From an uncultured Candidatus Saccharibacteria bacterium (GTDB lineage Bacteria; Patescibacteriota; Doudnabacteria; UBA920), in NCBI GenBank assembly GCA_964532425.1, contig CAZHIA010000001.1, forward strand, positions 124,951 through 188,950: a DNA stretch of 64,000 nucleotides, given 5' to 3'. The position numbers and the translations under genes are program-made. Shown here one piece after another: positions 60,501 to 64,000 of this stretch (positions within the stretch are counted from its first letter, which is position 1; every line of letters starts with the position of its first letter). The notes below the pieces were generated by a model. That model ran no database searches. It worked only from the letters and a program-made list of their open reading frames with translations, and was not told the origin of the DNA.

Positions 60501-62610
60501 GACAACCACTCCGACACGGGCTGCAATCGTTATCGACACTGCCGGGAATGCGACCATTGCCCGGGACTTGAACGTTGTCGGTAACTTGCACCTATCCACT
60601 TCTTCAGCAGCTTCACTTTTGTCGCTCCTGCAAGGCACCTCTACCGCTGACTCGACATTTACAGCCACTTCGGCTGACATTACTACTTTATCGACTCGCG
60701 CCATCACGGCTTCCTCTGCTGACCTAAGTGTCTTTACAGCACAGTCCGCTTCCGTTGCCGATTTGCTGGCTGGCCAAGCCACACTTTCCTCATTGACTGT
60801 TTCCGGTTCCACTCAGCTGGCGGCATTGAATGCCGGTCTGACTACGATCACTTCCGCGACCATCGCGAACTTGAATGTCAGCGGCGCGTCGAATCTGTCC
60901 AGCTTGTCTATCGAGTCAGGTTTGACCGTGTCGGGTGCGACGCAGTTGTCTGCCTTAAAAGCTAACACCGGCACGTTTGCTGCACTCAATGGTGATGCTG
61001 CATACCTGCACACTATTCAACTCGACGGCGCCCTCAATGGATTGTCCGCCAATGCTTACCTGAACAACCTGACTCTTGCTGGTAATCTACTGGCCACTTC
61101 CAGCCATGCCTCGTTTAACAGCCTGACTTTATTCGGGAATGTCGGAGTCGGTCTGGATACCCCGGGCAGCAAGCTCGACATTTACGATTCCACTTCCAGC
61201 TCGACTACGCCGGTGGACCTGTTCCGCCTTATGTCGGACGTGGACGGCTCACACTCCGTCAAGTTCCGTGTGGACACCAATGGCGACATTTATACCGAAG
61301 GTACACTGCATGCTTCCAGTACTACGGAAGTAGCCCAAGTGTATATGGCTTTTGAACAGGATTTTTTGCCGGGCGATGTGGTTGCCTTGGTGGCAACGAC
61401 TACAAGTGTGTATGCCACGGGCACAGATGGCTCAGTAGTCCAGACCGGGACGAGCACTGTTGCCGGGATTGCCAAAACCAGCTCTTTGAATTCTGCTGTC
61501 TTCGGAGTCATCTCCACGAGGCCAGGATTATTGTTCGGCCAGCAGACTGCCAGTTCAGTGCCGGTAACGTTGTCCGGCGAAGCCCCGGTCAAAGTCACTG
61601 ACGAGAACGGCCCTGTGTTGGCCGGCGACTACCTGGTGCCGTCCAAACAGTTCCCAGGGTATGCCATGAAAGCTACTGAATCCGGCCAGGTCATTGGTGT
61701 TGCTATGGAGGGATTTGGTACCACCACCCAGCCTCAAATCAGGCCGGTGTCCGAGAATCCGGTTGGCGGCGTCATTCGCGTAACCGTCAAGCCTGGTTAC
61801 CAGATGATCAACAGCACTATTGTTCTGGAAGACAAGCCGGTACAGCAGACCGACCAGGTCGGCCAGCTGCCCACCTCCTCGCCGTCGTCATTCGTAATCA
61901 ACCAGAAAGGAAGCGGTGCCTTGCTCCAGCTCCAGCAGAACAATGTCAATCGCTTCCTGATCAACAACAACGGATCCATGGAACTCCTTGCCAATACCAG
62001 TGGCAACTCGCCGGTCCTGACTGTGAGCAATGGGTCTTCCACGCTCTTCACTATCAATTCCGTCGGAGACGTGGCTATAAAGGGTAAGCTGACCGTGGGC
62101 CGCGATACAGCAGGGACAGCCAAGATTACCGCTGGCAACAACCAGACTACGATTACCTTCGATACTGCGTATCCATACGTACCCAAGATAGTGGTAACGG
62201 TCAACGGCGTGCCGAATTTCTTCTACGGCGTCATTAATAAGAGCCAGACCGGGTTCACCATTGCGGCCAACCAGCCCATGACCGAGGATGTGACCTTTGA
62301 CTGGGTTGCGGTAGCCCAGCCGGACAATACCGGTTCGGTGTCCAGCTATAATATCCAAGTCTTGTCCGCCCCAGCCACAGCGCCGACTGAGGTGGTTGGG
62401 CCGACTTTGCCGGCTGACATGACTGCGGGAACCGGAACTTCCAGTGGCGTTTCTACGACCACTACCACCAGCCCGTCGATCGTGAATGATACGACCGTCG
62501 CGCCGCAGCCGGCAACAGGGGAGACAACACCGGCCGACACGACGAGTGCTGCGCCTTCGGCTGATACCACAGTCAGCCAATCAACCGGCACCGGTACGGC
62601 AACGCCATAA
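36406..62610 (+). CDS. giant (8734 aa) membrane-anchored fibre/adhesin-like protein with N-terminal excisionase-type HTH, tail-fibre-like repeat modules, CBM-like and PA14-like domains and an internal intramolecular-chaperone (peptidase S74-like) domain
   Basis: Single uninterrupted 26,205-nt ORF (GTG start). aa ~10-60 HTH (AEASKVTGYNQDYLGFLCRTGKLQGFKLGRNWVTSKQAL). TM helix WKYVLSGGAAMAVVALLSWGLWF. (GKLKGEKGDKGEKGDRGDNGLDG) collagen-like triplets. ~37-aa repeats YNIPLTASTTNWNTAYNTV..SSTYWDSAY.NRITSA.APLQIS. Many ~180-aa modules containing ...TITLSGD.SGSGTTAITTAIGAGKVTNTMLAGSIDLTTKVTGILPVANGGTGANTLTGVLKGNGTSAFTAMTGT.NY..WTDANT.G...DNGTNVGIGT.... NGDFETGNSAGW... (CBM4_9-like). ...YALYINGAYV...WYRLDMIYSESGGGHYVSLGWNP (PA14-like). 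SDIRLKDVQ...LQPIRYTFKNN...HIGFVAQEVQQVLPEAV...DGYLRFTADAVLWTMLNSIKQ (S74/CIMCD-like). Thr-rich C-terminus. Antisense ORFs inside are rejected. Confidence 0.9.
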   Translation: MSQEINENLEGIVSLAEASKVTGYNQDYLGFLCRTGKLQGFKLGRNWVTSKQALDDLMRQEAGQRVPVHVQSTTVETVRPIEPQSGNPLGTQVPPAMGLAVSQIEQQRTEQMNTVPAVVSLERAAAEELELAKLKNEVVVGDLSKKIATLTETLSTTVTKLQAPALSLKDQVNWIKSFTTQKTSAWKYVLSGGAAMAVVALLSWGLWFNMRMTRELVAQPKDSRVVYQNNYNNNYNYYNNGEKTSGTPVSMNGTSGTQSPIAAGKGNVLFPSALDYNSLIDTRIESYIASGKLKGEKGDKGEKGDRGDNGLDGFSTNVGTGLQQSYIPVTYVQPVNQPASGVTGSMSGATHFAVADLIADKAVIGSGGLTINGPVTFSSPLTVSDINLNFTPGSIVFMGPKGLAQNNGKLFWDNLTYRLGLNTTTPEAMLSLVQNGGETMIKGFVNSTNTPQGEFISLGYSDTATEIYSVDTRGNIKTSGTLTLSAMTTGSIPFVVTGGTLAQDTSNFYWDNTNKRFAVGTTTVPATFALAQTNNGDTIIQASRATDNAPAGDFIAYKDAAGNTLFRVNNNGSLTAPGVTSTGELAVVGTSTLATTTISSLSLSQPLSLSSGGLGFDGSSVTKGSLIAGTGNGSLGVQSVGSDGLCLTASSSAASGIAWTSCSAAAGGIQSLNGLVAVNQSLATNTTATGLVQTITSAGGTHTFNLSLNPSYTIPLIASTTNWNLTYDTVNAGSANWTSTYGIVNASSSLWTAATNLVNANSTNWTAAYNTVNASSTYWDSAYANRITSAAAPLQISSNQLSIQAGYSIPLSASSTNWNTFYNTPSTQITAGTGMTWSGNTLNSVWTQSGSDISNLTMGNVGIGSASPVAKLDVAGAVRLGDAGANNLLNTSAAAGTASGPLYWGSKPLAYSLSVQQSDGNSLVNGVEYIQFDQGTGLHVTDLGNKSVKISIGSHWKDLYINGVKNLTPTGEEPLNFNTDANLLLTASSSTVPQSLNFALSPNIQVTSVTAANASTTHFTSTGNAYLNNLVFANATGSALSLASTLAVGGALNVSGNSNVSNIIVTGNSTTTGNSIFVGNVGIGGGLNFSNATGTNLYLSGSLAASNLTGTNTGDVTLAGENYVSISGQQITANAINLATTNVTGILPVAKGGTGSSTLNTSVVPEGLNLYYTDARSRAALSSSATGLSYDNITGIFNLSAGYNIPLTASTTEWSSAYANRITSATAPLAITNNVLGLQAGYSIPLTASTTNWNTAYNIVTASSTYWDAAYANRITSALAPLQISNNQLSLDSNYTIPLTASTTNWNNFYNTPSTRITAGTNLSWSGNTLNGPADSYIRGLLSSAATGLTYNSGTGALSVTAGYNIPLAASTTNWNTFYNTPSTQITAGTGLSWSGNTLNATNSFTGSGTNNYVARWTGTSSLGTGVLFDNGTSVGVGTTSPIAKLDVWGNLNVGTSSTPTLSVNTATNQVGIGRVPVSHALEIGADQTIWSNSALTLMTANSGNMNFNSTGNIVLNPYTGGDVTFPGLGIWKNSGNVGIGTTTPGQKLVVNGSEYVTGARLDSNASAGTSGYLLQTTGTGTQWVATSSLGIIGGIQSLNGLNSLNQTFATGTATGIGLNITSVGSTHTFTPTVASGYSIPLTASTTEWATAYTNRITSATAPLQINSNTLSVQAGYNIPLTASTTNWNGFYDVPSTRIAAGTNMSWSGNTLNGPADSYIRGLLSSSATGLSYNSGTGVFSLTAGYNIPLTASTTNWNTAYNTVNASSTYWDSAYANRITSAVAPLQISSNQLSLDPNYIIPLTASTTNWNNFYNAPSTRISAGSGLAWSGNTLNSVWSVNGNNIYNNNLSNVGIGTTSPVFALDVNGQVNAQSGLCIAGDCKASWSAVSAAGYWTQSGGNLYPSTIGNNVGIGSSNPQAKLDVVGNVRVAGNIMPEMTGATGNISTRSIGDANNRFADVWANDVHVGASSLYVNGKKVITDVSNVMNFTTDVDQSLVVKTSGIGSMGLQTDAGSLLLNSNSLISATGKGGINLTVPIDTPSMNLNLTNNSLNGNITFTATGNNSQVLASAVQKIALTSPSIELNGTVTSGTWNGTKIGVPYGGTGVSYITPNAVVYGNGSGAIATTSAPSAGQVLIGNGSNVPTFASISGDAALNGSGALTLNSVNSNIGTFNNVTVNAKGLVTAASNVSYLTGNQTITLSGDVSGSGTTAINTTLATVNANTGSFGSASAVPTFTVNGKGLITAAGSAPIAINGNQITSGTVAPTYGGLGFNASTIAKGGLLTGTGSGSFGIQTAGTDGLCLTASSTSASGVAWTSCSSGSITSLNGLTASVQTFATGTATSIGLNITSNGSTHTFTPTVTSGYSIPLTASTTEWATAYSNRITSATSPLQISNNQLSIAAGYNIPLTASTTNWNTAYNTVTASSTYWDSAYTNRITSATAPLQISSNQLSVQAGYNIPLNASTTNWNGFYNVPSSRITAGTGLSWNGNTLNSTMQAYATTTINGAAGPTFAFAAGTDTNLGLTIATSTNTVTFTPTWSGTLAAGRLNSNVVQGITNDTNITGSISAQNLTLGWSGQLSVARGGTGANSLTGVLKGNGASAFTAMTGTANYVTRWTDANTLGTGTLYDNGTNVGIGTTNTNATLQVYNSSATTKYIKIGNVANPTTTAGAGGMVVDVNGGGGIYMGDSVAGVYGKYEAYSGQLGVGTMSNHPVGFWSNNIERVRISSDGSVGINTTTPGQTLVVNGTMQITGGAPGAGKILQSDANGVASWVSTSTMVGGNAIVSLNGLTASSQTFATGTATGIGLNITSIGSTHTFTPTVASGYSIPLTASTTEWATAYTNRITSATAPLAITNNVLGLQAGYSIPLTASTTNWNTAYNTVNASSTYWDSAYQNRITSASAPLQISNNQLSIQAGYTIPLTASSSEWSSFYNTPSTRIAAGTNLSWNGNTLNGPADSYIRGLLSSSATGLSYNNTNGVFSLAAGYNIPLTASTTNWNTAYNTVTASSTYWDSAYTSRITSAVAPLQISNNQLSVQAGYNIPLNASTTNWNTFYNTPSTQITAGTGLSWSGNTLNATNSFTGSGTNNYVARWTGTSSLGTGVLFDNGTNVGIGTTGPSKLFDVAGGKFTVDVNGYTTGTGYITLNAPTYAPAFEWNRQDNFSTDRNVGALTSKANTSAGAAAQLSQIIFGQSADYNGYITFNTNNGASLAERMRINKDGNVGINTTTPGQTLVVNGTMQITGGTPGIGKVLSSDANGIASWVATSTLAVSPSGAASGDLSGNYPNPTVAKINGVALGSTTATAGNLLIGSGSQWVSTAMSGDATINSSGALTLKNTGTAGTYGSATQVPVLTTDAQGRVTGVTNTTISGVAPGGSAGGDLTGTYPNPTVNGIKGAAVPALSAGFLKYNGSAWAFDSSTYLTGNQTITLSGDISGSGTTAITTAIGAGKVTNTMLAGSIDLTTKVTGILPVANGGTGANTLTGVLKGNGTSAFTAMTGTQNYITKWTDANTIGNSIMLDNGTNVGIGTNNPTAKLHIHGDYNNALGGGFMLDATDNTDPNKYSLRINPFVIGAYKVGYQFITTSATGGTSTPLVFDNAGNVGINSTGPGYKLDVVGTGHFTGALTLDTDLTVPYGGTGVSTFTTNGVLYGNGANALNVTTAGTAGQILMANGSAVPTFTTMSGDATISGTGVISLKNTGTAGTYGSATQVPVLTTDAQGRVTGVTNTAISGVAPGGSAGGDLTGTYPNPTVNGIKGAAVPALSAGLLKYNGSAWAFDSSTYLTSAITSINSQTGPSLTIASGTAGNIFNITSAGNTITLNLPFASGSNSGQLSATDWTTFNNKQAAGNYITALTGDVTAAGPGSAAATVAKINGVALGSTTATAGNLLIGSGSQWVSTAMSGDVTINSSGVSAIGALKVTNAMIANSTIDLTTKVTGILPIANGGTNSNATPTSGGVGYGTGSAHAYTTAGSVGQILMSNGASAPSWIATSTIFGGSQVTGSGTSNYVARWTGTNALGTGVLTDTGTNVGIGTANPTAKFAIGNDGGASIAGSWIPGSQAVAYMGYSSDFVAIGLKNDGPDNQNPYITWGDDGAPLTFSHYHYMTGTTTIMTLLAGGNVGIGSAAPGANLDVVGTGRFSSTLTASNGFTVSAGSVTLPNNSIANAALQGNGALTVTAGTGLSGGGSVALGSSVTLSLPNTGTAGTYGSATQVPVLTTDAQGRVTGVTNTTISGVAPGGSAGGDLSGTYPNPTVNGIKGAAVPALSAGFLKYNGSAWTFDSSTYLTGNQTITLSGDITGSGTTAITTAIGAGKVTNTMLAGSIDLTTKVTGILPVSNGGSGANTLTGVLKGNGTSAFTAMTGTQNYVTRWTDANTLGTGVLFDNATNVGIGNSGPNEKLEVSGTIRSNYDYTSSVVFTDGWAANDYQNFVQVTPGSAGASGLYEITIDSTRGNLAESSTYMAAVDHSNANVWREAGVINDNAYVNNTRCFTVDVNGNYGAVQFRVRALKASASCGITGNLTVNVKVRSVGRNTAWSALSSGGSGGTVTGFQSMTGLSWNLYTGNPYSGAGNLAISAASSGNVGIGTTSPEQKLQVQGNIALGYNVIGGGLGYGGVGASSGSTIKLQDNSTGDMVFTSNYRYMFNSLYNSNTSLAITREGNVGIGTTTPNQTLEVVGSFGISNGNSNTRVVMTPVFANTLQFSYGGTGANIGSLTNGSYLLLGPSGSTTTPVYAFTNDANTGIGTAGNSSDTISLITAGSSRMFIDANGNVGVGSTVPGYALDVSSGTINGNSYRVAGDALAQSNGTTIAIGSAASRNLSFYAGAVDRMFITNQGNVGIGTTTPQATLDVNGSFNVYGGAINYNTTTALTTIDNLQLGSMSFDSNAGQVTWMDMPVTSAATVGTIESYTAQIDGTPLLTVYSESNGSGGIQNGRIGVGTTTPTQTLVVNGTMQITGGAPGIGKVLSSDANGIASWVATSTLAVSPSGAASGDLSGTYPNPTVAKINGVALGSTTATAGNLLIGSGSQWVSTALSGDATINSSGALTLKNTGTAGTYGSASQVPVLTTDAQGRVTGVTNTSIAIGGAAITSGVVGTTYGGTGQNSSAWNGMVKTVGGTWSAVQGTTGYNAYWSDANTIAAEQYTAVTRGGTGAGTLTGVLKGNGTSAFTAMTGTQNYITKWTDANTIGNSIMLDNGTNVGIGSASPGYKLDVVGTGKFSNTLTLGDSSPTILQSSRGATNGSQIILGQTYVPTFGGRYSGAEAFMASNAYQTTDNVDAWAKGAGTYGSTIALLGISSTVTNPAFQIKYSPGNTASAGLGSFFTSDLLTVLGNGNVGIGTSVPGYKLHVNGDTLINANLYLATAGARLGSDGSGSIDFNYNTGSTNSWNWYGGGTTKLVTMTNGGNVGIGTSNPVAKLHIHGNYNNTGSGGFLLDATDTSDPNTYSLRINPYVVGAAKVGYQFVTTSATGGTSTPLTFDNAGNVGIGSTLPGYKLDVVGTGHFTGALTLDTDLTVANGGTGVSTFTTNGVLYGNGANALNVTTAGTAGQILMANGSAVPTFTTMSGDATISGTGVISLKNTGTAGTYGSATQVPVLTTDAQGRVTGVTNTTISGVAPGGSAGGDLTGTYPNPTVNGIKGAAVPALSAGFLKYNGSAWTFDSSTYLTGNQTITLSGDVSGSGTTAITTAIGAGKVTNIMLAGSIAASKLVGTDITTVGALTSGSIASGFGTIATANTITGTTINGTTGINTGAGAGTQRIDASGNLVNIGTITSGLINGQTISAAANFTGTVNVATSITTGGYHNLGNDNFLYNGDFETGNSAGWSGVTSVVTGGYSGKYTSQITGPSYLVSDDYIPVNPVTDVFQLEAWVKKTVAGGTPGILYFGYYAYDANKTVITSSPCGSYCYFATSGWTVPVDGNWHKVSATTYGESTNAPSFPVGTKFIQVLGLVNYSASGDAVTQIDHITLKRINNGPLFVGNNFTSTNLVDQTQVTQLYTTSGNNFVITPPGSGNVGIGSASPSYKLDVVGTGHFTGALTLDTDLTVANGGTGVSTFTTNGVLYGNGANALNVTTAGTAGQLLMANGSAVPTFTTMSGDATINGTGVIALKNTGTAGTYGSATQVPVLTTDAQGRVTGVTNTTISGVAPGGSAGGDLSGTYPNPTVAKINGVALGSTTATAGNLLIGSGSQWVSTAMSGDVTINSSGVSAIGALKVTNAMIANSTIDLTTKVTGILPVANGGSSANTLTGVLKGNGTSAFTAMTGTQNYVARWTDANTIGTGVLFDNGTNVGVGTSNPAGAKLQVAGAIAANNDIGGGGTTGTAGTGGNTWTLHGAGNGWLYLNNGNNSAYHGLAVGQLWVSDIAYLTSNVNIRGTLANDTGATLTVGGGTSGYTNFTGNVGIGSASPGVKLDVAGDVRLTGTLFGDIDSGRNLVADNVYNSAVTGYQYTHGRVLVSGNLNRIVFSRESDYTTNKARVLTPGYYSVSFWYKVENFVSGTTIYPNLNDQGLPTFDVSANKGWTFYSGTLNVTQTSYGFLDMEGTFNSTITVSDIVIVRSPKPAQQYMLAPEDIVQYYENGNVGIGSIIPGANLDVVGTGRFSSTLTASNGLTVSAGSVSLPSNSIANAALQGNGALTVTAGTGLSGGGSVALGSSVTLSLPNVGTASTYGSATQVPVFTTDAQGRVTSVTNTTISGVAPGGSAGGDLTGTYPNPTIATGAVTGTKIADNTITAADLQAGDFSSKINSGTYSINISGNANYVNSVDTRNTNDVPQDFGSLVKFDFKANATNGLSDGGGYNGVMTWRRYGSGTDMSGGYPQQIAYSDNNNLWHRIGTGNTTWGSWVKVWDANNLTNLNQLSNGPGYLTSVNNSNWSGTQLSVSNGGTGATSLTGVLKGNGTSAFTAMTGTANYVARWTDANTIGTGVLVDNATNVGIGSASPGVKLDVAGAIAATGAPNKGYNMNAGSYGGNTYYAYDSFCAGESNGNCQGTGGVIIGRANTSAYTNFPNSGSSFIGGNLGLGAVAPAAKLEIDTASSASTVEGMRLLNPNTGAGGVQMRLGQYTTGYAASIETVGNPVSYYGSSLWLRPGLRSGANTLGNGVFIDTYDNVGVGTTNPTYKLEVQGNFRAFTASGANSMGVSAANGSQSEIFIDQNGVRAWHLQNLATSGDLLLSDGGVNNMYWQKATGNVGIGSTAPGYKLDVQGDARVTSKLWLDAAEGLGVYGIRGRNTNEQVEMYQKVSIGYPAGWGSFPQAPAYGLYTYGGAVLAGNQGNVGIGSASPGYKLVVSGDSQTTGLFYDNQGFVEQQNSYEWNWHGRRWASGYDGSVRTKLFADFYDNTTTPAQEKWIHTNTLDANTRLDGSTVWGDVHAYIAMWTTYIYVQRPFTVTNVTLNGDDPYALYINGAYVTGADSCCSGTVYSYTFNTGWYRLDMIYSESGGGHYVSLGWNPKDYTAYIATMTPYGPQDAIFTKDGNVGIGTSSPSKTLAVQGDINFTGNLYQNGSLFTSGGGGNSAWTIGSGKIYNATSTDNVGIGTSNPTDLLTVGNGSINPIITLNANSWGQLGTTKTLTLEGGTGINLKTNGTSRMYVDSSSGNIGIGTTNTSATLDVVSSVSASSGYGYATKISPTLNATANNDTMAALRISPLVGGSYTGLKYMGLMVNDVSSGGNAQTHYGVYSSLVPNYGAGGVGYGLYATNIATAFQNTYYGVYSDVNQSSGTAYAGAFMGGNVGIGTASPTETLHLYGTNPNLLLNSNNGSYADLDFATYNLGGTAPTARIRALDNNYSSDLQFMTKNPGAAGNILAERMRLTNYGNFGIGTSTPNYKLVVADGSGNGVFSVDNSATASNAGMDITAGPSQSGNLLNFLSSGGTLLTSVSQYGGLMVNISSSTAFQVANGSGTSVLNVNTVSTNVGIGTVSPDYKLRVEGSLFVNNSLTDKLSNTSWTNPSDIRLKDVQGTFDSGMNELLQLQPIRYTFKNNNPFGADPAAPHIGFVAQEVQQVLPEAVTVGQDGYLRFTADAVLWTMLNSIKQVGQSITLPTTTPTRAAIVIDTAGNATIARDLNVVGNLHLSTSSAASLLSLLQGTSTADSTFTATSADITTLSTRAITASSADLSVFTAQSASVADLLAGQATLSSLTVSGSTQLAALNAGLTTITSATIANLNVSGASNLSSLSIESGLTVSGATQLSALKANTGTFAALNGDAAYLHTIQLDGALNGLSANAYLNNLTLAGNLLATSSHASFNSLTLFGNVGVGLDTPGSKLDIYDSTSSSTTPVDLFRLMSDVDGSHSVKFRVDTNGDIYTEGTLHASSTTEVAQVYMAFEQDFLPGDVVALVATTTSVYATGTDGSVVQTGTSTVAGIAKTSSLNSAVFGVISTRPGLLFGQQTASSVPVTLSGEAPVKVTDENGPVLAGDYLVPSKQFPGYAMKATESGQVIGVAMEGFGTTTQPQIRPVSENPVGGVIRVTVKPGYQMINSTIVLEDKPVQQTDQVGQLPTSSPSSFVINQKGSGALLQLQQNNVNRFLINNNGSMELLANTSGNSPVLTVSNGSSTLFTINSVGDVAIKGKLTVGRDTAGTAKITAGNNQTTITFDTAYPYVPKIVVTVNGVPNFFYGVINKSQTGFTIAANQPMTEDVTFDWVAVAQPDNTGSVSSYNIQVLSAPATAPTEVVGPTLPADMTAGTGTSSGVSTTTTTSPSIVNDTTVAPQPATGETTPADTTSAAPSADTTVSQSTGTGTATP
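53833..54310 (+). other. domain: CBM4_9-like carbohydrate-binding module within giant protein
   Basis: NGDFETGNSAGWSGVT...YTSQITGPSY...FQLEAWVKK begins with the NGxFExGxxxGW signature of CBM_4_9-type beta-sandwich modules. Confidence 0.45.
58440..58740 (+). other. domain: PA14-like module within giant protein
   Basis: VTLNGDDPYALYINGAYVTGADSCCSGTVYSYTFNTGWYRLDMIYSESGGGHYVSLGWNPKDY resembles the PA14 pattern (DDGxxLxIDGxLVIDxWG...YxIxVEYxExGGxAxLxLxW). Confidence 0.5.
60226..60485 (+). other. domain: phage tail-fibre/endosialidase-type C-terminal intramolecular chaperone (peptidase S74-like), here internal
   Basis: SDIRLKDVQGTFDSGMNELLQLQPIRYTFKNNNPFGADPAAPHIGFVAQEVQQVLPEAVTVGQDGYLRFTADAVLWTMLNSIKQV matches the CIMCD consensus (SDxRLKxNI...LxPVxYxWK....HIGFIAQEVEEVxPELV...YxxLxxLLIxAIQEL), including the autocleavage Ser at its first residue. 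Confidence 0.7.
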
Positions 62611-62699
62611 TACCCATGGTGCACTTATTGCCTTCTAACCGCAGTACGTCTTATAACCTCCGTAATAATCAACCGTGATCCGGAGGGTAAGTTAAAAAA

Positions 62700-62728
62700 C
62701 ACCCCACTTGCCGCGGGGTGTTTTTTTT
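62700..62728 (+). terminator. rho-independent terminator after giant gene
   Basis: CACCCCACTTGCCGCGGGGTG hairpin followed by TTTTTTTT. Confidence 0.75.
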
Positions 62729-62878
62729 GTTGAAATTCAGGCCGTAATATCTTTGGTTTTCAACGATATGATTTCGAATTATTTCGTGTTTATGCTAAAA
62801 TAAATGTAAAGTCAGATACTTATGAGATAAAAATTATACCCTTATTGCGGAAATAATAGGGGAGAAATATAAACCATC

Positions 62879-64000
62879 ATGTCGCTGAGGCGAGTATTTT
62901 TTGCGATAGCGGCCCTGGCTCTTTTGGCTCCGGTCGCGCAGGCATTGACCTTTGGGGAAATCCGGCAATCCAGCCTGACTCAACCCCAAGTCTTGGGTGT
63001 CAGCTCGTACCCGAGCATAACTGTGACTTCATCAACAAACAAGAGCTTAACAGTCACGGCTACGCCTGTTTCGTTCGATGGAACATATTGGCAATACCAG
63101 TTCAGCTGGACGCGCGCCAAGAATGCCGTTGGTTCTTTGTATGTCAGTCAAAAAGGCGGCAGCCAGAGCATGGTCGTCAGTATTGACAGTGCGGCCAAAC
63201 AGGGGAACGTGACCGGCAACCTGTTGCCATCTACTGCTTACCGTGTCGAATTTTACGGCCAGGCCAGTGGGGCTGGCACTTTATTGTTAAGAAAGACCTT
63301 GACTGCCCGGGCAGTAGAAGCTGCTACGGCAGGAAGCGTCTCTTTTTCTTTTCCAGGCAATTCGGCGGTTAGCAACGGCACAACTGCGGGATCTGCTGGC
63401 GGCTCAAATTGCGGCACTCCTGGGCTGACATGTGAAAGTTTGGCCGATATGATTTCAAAGACATATGGGATAAAGTGGAATACTTCCAATTTGCCGATAG
63501 ACCAGACTCCGTATGCCAGCACGAATCCATATTCACCCGACACTTATTACGGCACCCCTTCGGTGCAGGTTGGTTTAAAAAAGCTGACGGAATTGGGAGA
63601 TGGTAAAACCAGTGTAGTCTGGGTTGGTCGCTGGAACTTTTTTGACGGCAAGGATTGTTACCAAGCGGACCTGACGAATGGTACTCTGAAGGAAACCAAA
63701 ATCCAGTGTTATGCCAACCACCCATTGCCTACGCTGGCGCACGGCCAGAAACCTCCCCTGAATGACACTACGTACCCGTGGGCCCTGGCCAATGCAGATT
63801 GCTATTACACGTACGGAGACAAAAGCACGGTCATTAATGGCGTGAGGGTCGAAAATCCTGCCTGGCAAATGGGCAGTTCCCGCGACGCATCGTGCATAGC
63901 GGTCGGCTTGCCTGATATGACTTCGCCGGTGAATTTGAGCGGTGCGAATCCTGTGTCTTACAACGGGCTACCGGTAGATGATGGTACCTTCCCTGACAGT
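62879..64000 (+). CDS. secreted hypothetical protein, 3'-partial (runs off window end)
   Basis: ATG at 62879, then signal peptide MSLRRVFFAIAALALLAPVAQA. My manual translation of this frame is open to position 64000 with no stop. It is absent from the ORF track, presumably because no in-window stop exists. Cys-rich, Thr/Ser-rich mature region. Confidence 0.55.
   Translation, partial: MSLRRVFFAIAALALLAPVAQALTFGEIRQSSLTQPQVLGVSSYPSITVTSSTNKSLTVTATPVSFDGTYWQYQFSWTRAKNAVGSLYVSQKGGSQSMVVSIDSAAKQGNVTGNLLPSTAYRVEFYGQASGAGTLLLRKTLTARAVEAATAGSVSFSFPGNSAVSNGTTAGSAGGSNCGTPGLTCESLADMISKTYGIKWNTSNLPIDQTPYASTNPYSPDTYYGTPSVQVGLKKLTELGDGKTSVVWVGRWNFFDGKDCYQADLTNGTLKETKIQCYANHPLPTLAHGQKPPLNDTTYPWALANADCYYTYGDKSTVINGVRVENPAWQMGSSRDASCIAVGLPDMTSPVNLSGANPVSYNGLPVDDGTFPDS

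Noticed and set aside
36499-62624. Dozens of 60-230-aa ORFs on both strands inside the giant gene interval
   Set aside because: All lie within or antisense to a single uninterrupted 8734-aa reading frame with coherent domain content. They are repeat-driven shadow ORFs.

Overview
This 64-kb window reads as a small-genome, probably episymbiotic (CPR/Patescibacteria-like) bacterium at about 50% GC. Coding is almost entirely on the + strand. The only convincing minus-strand gene is an MsbA-type ABC exporter. Housekeeping and accessory genes are interleaved. Identifiable products include nicotinate phosphoribosyltransferase (PncB), a divergent Prs-like phosphoribosyl-pyrophosphate synthetase, glutamine-dependent NAD synthetase (NadE), an SGNH/GDSL hydrolase, an HhH-GPD glycosylase, peroxiredoxin Bcp, acylphosphatase, a GNAT acetyltransferase, a Memo-like protein, a type IV pilin / minor pilin cluster, a CphA-like ATP-grasp enzyme, a 1444-aa LysM surface protein and a DsbA-like oxidoreductase. 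Three things stand out. (1) Between pncB and prs-like/nadE lies a ~4.8-kb block of five paralogous small proteins (two with degenerate Nudix boxes), a histidine-phosphatase-family protein and a radical-SAM enzyme. Four of these genes carry a conserved, apparently structured intercistronic element (GC hairpin - CCCCTTACCAGA - variable hairpin with compensatory changes - GAGAATTGCGGYAAGGAG) in their upstream intergenic spacer. The first two have a different palindromic operator-like motif. (2) A single 26,205-nt ORF (36406..62610) encodes an 8734-aa giant protein. Its domain order is: N-terminal excisionase-type HTH, one TM helix, a short collagen-like segment, kilobases of near-identical tail-fiber-like repeats (NVGIGT / ANGGTGA motifs), CBM4_9-like and PA14-like modules, an internal phage-tail-fiber-type intramolecular chaperone (peptidase S74-like, SDIRLK...HIGFVAQEV) domain, and a Thr/Ser-rich tail. 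It is preceded by a 2.2-kb non-coding region full of degenerate repeats and hairpins, then a 700-bp AT-rich leader. (3) Several families of short repeated palindromic elements are scattered through the window: a ~120-bp MITE-like structured element (two copies, one nested in a leader element), a 53-nt hairpin in two loci in opposite orientation, TTGACAAAA inverted-repeat arrays (three copies), and GTAGGGAACGGT hairpins (two copies). No rRNA, tRNA or CRISPR array was recognised. Functional calls come from motifs I read in the translations, not from database searches.
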